DNA of 64,000 nucleotides from Chrysomallon squamiferum (Eukaryota > Animalia > Mollusca), in NCBI GenBank assembly GCA_012295275.1, contig CM022672.1:3906001-3970000 (forward strand), given 5' to 3'. The position numbers and the translations under genes were made by a program. The notes beneath the pieces are model-generated. The model was not told the DNA's origin. It saw only the letters and a list, made by a program, of their open reading frames with translations, and ran no database searches. Below are positions 49,074 to 64,000 of this stretch, piece after piece. Every line of letters starts with the position of its first letter. Position 1 is the first letter of the stretch.

Positions 49074-51347
49074 GAAGTCTGCCAGAATAATGCTGGATGA
49101 TTCTTACAAAAGTTAACAACATGGAATTAATATGTCACAATATATAAGGATGGTTTTATCGACATAAAATGTACAACAAATGTCACAATACACAATGAAA
49201 ATATCCTTTGTAGTTCCTATTGTTATGAATATATTTATAATGTGGATATTCATTTTAAAAGTAAAGTGTTACTAGTGAAACTTCTACTTATGAAATGATT
49301 TTTAGTGTTAGTCTGAATAATTACAAGTCTTGAAATAAATTTAGATGCATAATTGCTGATGTTTTGCAACTCTATATATGACATGATGTTTGTTTTTAAT
49401 AATAACTTTCCCTGAGTTATAATTTTGTAATTTTAAAGATACTCCTAATAGTTTGTTATTTTTTTCCCCTTTTAAATGTTATTTTAAAAAGTTAATAACT
49501 AAAAATATTTTAAAATACCTGACACAGACCAAAAAAATTACAAATTTCTCAATTACTTTAAATCAAAGTTAAATACGGAAATTTCAATTCTTTAATCAAA
49601 AAATGTTAACTTTTCTATTTATTTATAATGGAAAATTAAGTAAGCATCAAAGAAAAAAATGAATATGATTAGTGAAGTTTTCAATGAATCAGATTATTAT
49701 TATTTCATTAACAATGAGTTTTAAATGATTTTATATTTCTTGCATATGCAAAAATTAAAATTAATGTTTTGTTACAGTTTATGCCCATCAAAATGAAATA
49801 ATTGGAATTAAAAATGAAAAAGACAAAAATCTTCTAACTTTAATGACTGAACATGAGTAATGTTAAAAACTAACAATTAAAATACATCAAAAGACACTGA
49901 CCACACATAACTCCTACCCAAAAACCCTGCTGCTAATACAAATTTTTAAAAAGACATGATCCTTTGTTAAACATTATGAAAGCTGATTATGAAAACGGTG
50001 ATACTCTAAGAGAAATCAATAATGAAAACTTGTTGTTATATAAACTTTCACAGTAAAATGAGTTATTAAAACACTAAAATTATAAAGTTAAAATAATTGA
50101 TTATAGAATTATAGTTATGAATAATGCAATAATTAGAGAGAATGAGACATGATGCACAGAAAAAAATAAAGAAAGAAAGAAAGAATTAAAAGAAAAAAAC
50201 AAGAGAAAAATGAAATCAAAAAGCTGATTACCAAATTGGCAACATTCAGATATTAAAATATAATTCCATTATAATTAACATTAATGTGATTCACCCACAC
50301 AAAAAAAAAAAAAAAAAATTTAAGAAAAAAGGTAAAAAGATTTTGTATATAAAATTATGAAAAAATAACAATATTAGTAATTTCAGTTTAATGTTTTTAT
50401 GAAAATGAGACAACTTAGCAATACTTTGATGTCATGTATGATTTCAAATGATATGATGTAACCTATTATGTTGTTGCTTTGACTCACACACTCACAGACA
50501 AACCTACAGACACACACAGATGGAGCCTTTTATATAATATTTATTCATCTGTTTATATAATTATCAAAATTTATCAAAACTACTTTTCGGTTCAATTTTT
50601 GATGTTTCTGGTCTCATGTATAGTTGTTAAAAATTGTAAAGAATTAATACTACCAAACTACATGATTAAACCTTTAAACATGATTACATATATCCAAACC
50701 CTGAAAAATGCACTTAATACCCTTTCACATTAATCCTAAATTATATTTTGTTAGTTCCAATTACAACATTGGTTTACTCTGTATATACTGGATTATGAAT
50801 GAATATTTTAAAAATAGAGAAACAAAACAGAAACAAAAGCAGACACTTAATATATTAAAACATTTAAGAATGAAATGAACATTATTATGTAAGCATGTAT
50901 AGTAACAAAACATTCAGCACAAAGACTGCAGTATAGGTATGAAGAAATTAAATATTGTATCTGTTTTTAACAGTGTAACATTTGCTATTCTTTCAGTCAG
51001 TAGTCACATATTCCATTCCATTTACATTCCAGTATGTTCTTCAGAATTATTAAATAAGTTAAAATATTTTCAAATAAAATCTTAACAATTGCTCAGATCT
51101 CCACAATGATGATGTTTTTAATGCAAAATTGTTTTTAATTATGTTTTATTCACCCATAAAATGTTGTGGATACCATTTTATCTTGGGATATTTTTCACTG
51201 CTGTTAACCGATTTAAACTGATTGGGATAGAAAATGCTAACTTACTACTACTAAATTTGCATCTTAAAGAAGTTTAAGTAACAAATTTTAATCAATTAAT
51301 TTAAAAAACAAAACAAAACAACAACACTAATTCATGTCAACAAAGCA

Positions 51348-51449
51348 ATTCAGCTATTTAAATGAAACCAAATTTAACTGTTTAAATGAAACCAATTTAG
51401 CTATTTAAATTGAACCAATTTAACTGTTTAAATTAAACCAATTTAGCTA
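51348..51449. repeat. 22-bp minisatellite, ~4.5 copies, in the SMC3 3' region
   Basis: AACCAATTTA(G/A)CT(A/G)TTTAAAT with alternating variants. Confidence 0.85.
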
Positions 51450-51699
51450 GAACTGTTAGTGAATTTTGTAAACAACACAAGATAAACAGAAACAAATGTC
51501 GATGATTCATTCAGCAGTGACTTTGCTATTTAAATAAATCAGCAACAAGCAGTTGTCTCTCTTTGTGGTCCTAGAGTTATGAATATTTTTAAAACGAGCA
51601 TTTCTTAACCCAGTCCATAAAGATATCCTGCATTATTACCAACAAAAGCTAGATCAATCCTCCAGCAAGAATTGTCGTTCAGAATTTCAAGACAATACT

Positions 51700-63783
<12,084 letters not shown>

Positions 63784-64000
63784 CTAAGACAGACAAATTT
63801 CCTTCATATTTATTTTTGTTTTGTCACAGTTTTTTAAATATCTGATAAAAATATTAGTTTCCAAAGGGATCTTAGAATGTGAACTTCTAAATGCAGATGA
63901 TGTAGGAATAAAATTCATTATAATTTTTTTCACAGAAAGTTAATGAACTAACATATTATCTAAGAAAGACTAAGTGAATCTGCACCTATCATTTATCTTA

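Overview
AT-rich, microsatellite-dense, intron-rich animal genomic DNA, probably from a mollusc or other lophotrochozoan (inferred only from protein divergence and SINE remnants). Two spliced genes lie tail to tail. (1) On the + strand is an FGFRL1 / nou-darake-type kinase-less FGF receptor. Six coding exons splice into one open frame: Ig-D1 20226-20501, acidic linker 40104-40181, Ig-D2 40730-41008, Ig-D3 split 41464-41582 + 42291-42531, and TM plus Tyr/His tail 42980-43341. It has a 19.6 kb intron, and I could not confidently find the signal-peptide exon. (2) On the - strand is the cohesin subunit SMC3, with 27 coding exons between 63783 and 51700 (1062 codons plus stop); its 5' end is outside the window. 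The long 3' regions appear to end at opposed AATAAA signals near 47.95 and 48.11 kb. The rest is intron and UTR with decayed tRNA-derived SINEs, a Tc1/mariner-type MITE, local tandem duplications and microsatellites. Most ORFs in the supplied track are spurious. I found no convincing new multi-gene system. The best leads are regulatory or splicing features: a candidate recursive splice site near the middle of the giant intron, a phased CCAAT/CHR cluster in the same intron, and an intronic echo of an SMC3 exon end.
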